This document shows positions 63,097 to 64,000 of a stretch of DNA of 64,000 nt, piece after piece (the stretch's first letter is position 1; the number at the start of each line of letters is the position of its first letter). Under the pieces are notes generated by a model. It ran no database searches and had not been told where the DNA came from. It saw only the letters and a list, made by a program, of their open reading frames with translations. A program made the translations under genes and the position numbers. Origin of the DNA: Bacteroidota bacterium (GTDB lineage: Bacteria > Bacteroidota > Bacteroidia > Bacteroidales > FEN-979); assembly GCA_043810345.1 (NCBI GenBank), contig JBDROF010000043.1:1112-65111 (forward strand), in the 5' to 3' direction.

Positions 63097-63516
63097 CTTC
63101 CACGCCCTGAAAAACCTCACTGCCGAAAGCAGCAATGGGGCGGCCATGGTAATGAAGAAAAGGGAGACCCATTGCTCGTCCACCCACCCGGTTTTCCGGA
63201 CCAGGATTCCCGAGGTGATCATGATCGCCATCAGCAGATAGCTTCTCCAGTCGAAGAAGGAGAAGATGCATGGGCGAAGGATCTCCAGTGACCGGATGCG
63301 TGTGATATGCTTTAATGAAACACGGAGAAAGAGCAGATGGAAAAATATCAGTCCGGCCACAATAGCCAATGGGATTTTCACCCAAAGATAGGTTGTTTCA
63401 GGCAGCATCCGTATCCCCCGGTATAACAGGAATGCACCTGCAAACAACCACACCGCTGTCGCTACCAATAACAAATGCCGCTTAGGAATGCCGGGTTTAA
63501 ACTTTTTCTTCACCAC
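63073..63516 (-). CDS. hypothetical 4-TM membrane protein
   Basis: 147 aa with four hydrophobic helices. The last 6 codons (YSELVR*) are repeat-encoded. No family recognised. Confidence 0.4.
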   Translation of the reverse strand: MVKKKFKPGIPKRHLLLVATAVWLFAGAFLLYRGIRMLPETTYLWVKIPLAIVAGLIFFHLLFLRVSLKHITRIRSLEILRPCIFSFFDWRSYLLMAIMITSGILVRKTGWVDEQWVSLFFITMAAPLLLSAVRFFRAWKKYSELVR

Positions 63517-63660
63517 GGGGCACTAAGGCACAAAGATCACAATTTTTTTCTCAGGACATAAACCTTTAGACTATAAGGCGGATTAATATAGAAAAGAGAT
63601 ATGGAAAAATATCAGATTGAGTTCTTTGCTAAGGAGATTGTGGATTCCTTCGTGGTGAAG
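63508..63660. repeat. second, degenerate copy of the hairpin element (ACCACGAAGGA core)
   Basis: cttcaccacg (63508-63517) is the exact reverse complement of cgtggtgaag (63651-63660). The inner arms ggcacaaagatcacaat / attgtggattccttcg are partly complementary and share the core with the 27079 element. Confidence 0.5.
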
Positions 63661-63675
63661 CTGCTAACGAAGGAT

Positions 63676-64000
63676 TTACTTGATTTTCTCCAACAACAAC
63701 CCGTTAAACAACAACTTATAACTCCCCTGTGTTGAAGCCCGGAACTGCGGATTAAACCCATATAGTACGAGCTGTCCTTTCCCTTTCTGTAACCACACCA
63801 TCACGGTTTTGTCAGCCAGCTTCTCCGGTTTTTCGCAATAGTCACTCATCAGGATCTCTTCATCCGGGAATTTCGCGATCACACGGCGGTCCATATCAAA
63901 CCGGGGGATGGAGGTCGTGAAAACAGGCGTCCCCCGGAAAAAGACACCCGTACTCGATGGCATTCCTAAGGTTAACGGGTGTTCCTCTTTTAATTCAGTT
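63676..64000 (-). CDS. C-terminal part of a larger protein (5' end beyond the window), family uncertain
   Basis: The frame is open to nt 64000. The tail ..QLVLYGFNPQFRASTQGSYKLLFNGLLL resembles C-termini of some M14-like peptidase / amidotransferase-like proteins. This is weak recall. Confidence 0.35.
   Translation of the reverse strand, partial: TELKEEHPLTLGMPSSTGVFFRGTPVFTTSIPRFDMDRRVIAKFPDEEILMSDYCEKPEKLADKTVMVWLQKGKGQLVLYGFNPQFRASTQGSYKLLFNGLLLEKIK

Noticed and set aside
1-64000. tRNA, rRNA, tmRNA, RNase P or other standard RNA genes in ORF-free gaps (1929-2140, 6107-6309, 6517-6759, 7282-7944, 40242-40373)
   Set aside because: I could not recognise T-loop GGTTCGA-type motifs in an intergenic context, cloverleaf-sized inverted repeats or conserved RNA cores by eye. 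A covariance-model scan would be needed for certainty.

Overview
The gene content points to a Bacteroidota chromosome segment: T9SS type A and B C-terminal sorting domains, a PorQ-like barrel, FISUMP, DUF4252 and DUF5686 proteins, and TAnnTTTG -7 boxes. Most genes are housekeeping: HU, pfkA, priA, ppk1, glyA, guaB, SurA/PpiC chaperones, MoxR, ftsH, rsfS, uvrA, rfbC, lpdA, psd and cdsA. There is also a decayed, AT-rich accessory patch at about 2.9-7.9 kb. A LytS/LytTR two-component system sits next to a 1098-aa GEVED-domain secreted protein and an outer-membrane barrel. An ECF sigma/anti-sigma/DUF4252 trio lies convergent to a ComEA-like HhH/beta-barrel fusion.

The most unusual signal is non-genic. 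About two dozen short tandem direct-repeat tracts (period 7, 8 or 9 nt, 3-17 copies) fill 16 intergenic spacers. A small set of unit families recurs at unlinked loci. The tracts abut or contain stop codons, supply C-terminal tails and one start codon, make up entire intergenic spacers, and appear once in-frame inside lpdA. One 15-17 copy heptamer tract lies between the only start codons and the signal peptide of a T9SS cargo gene, in a frame arrangement typical of slipped-strand phase variation. The tracts resemble cyanobacterial STRR heptamers, but I do not know of such tracts being described for Bacteroidota.

Two copies of a roughly 150-nt hairpin (MITE-like) element and a cluster of ATTTGCAAAT palindromes around an HTH regulator/FISUMP gene pair are also reported. 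No tRNA, rRNA, CRISPR array or intact mobile element was found. All calls rest on reading the sequence and recalling protein families. No database search was run.
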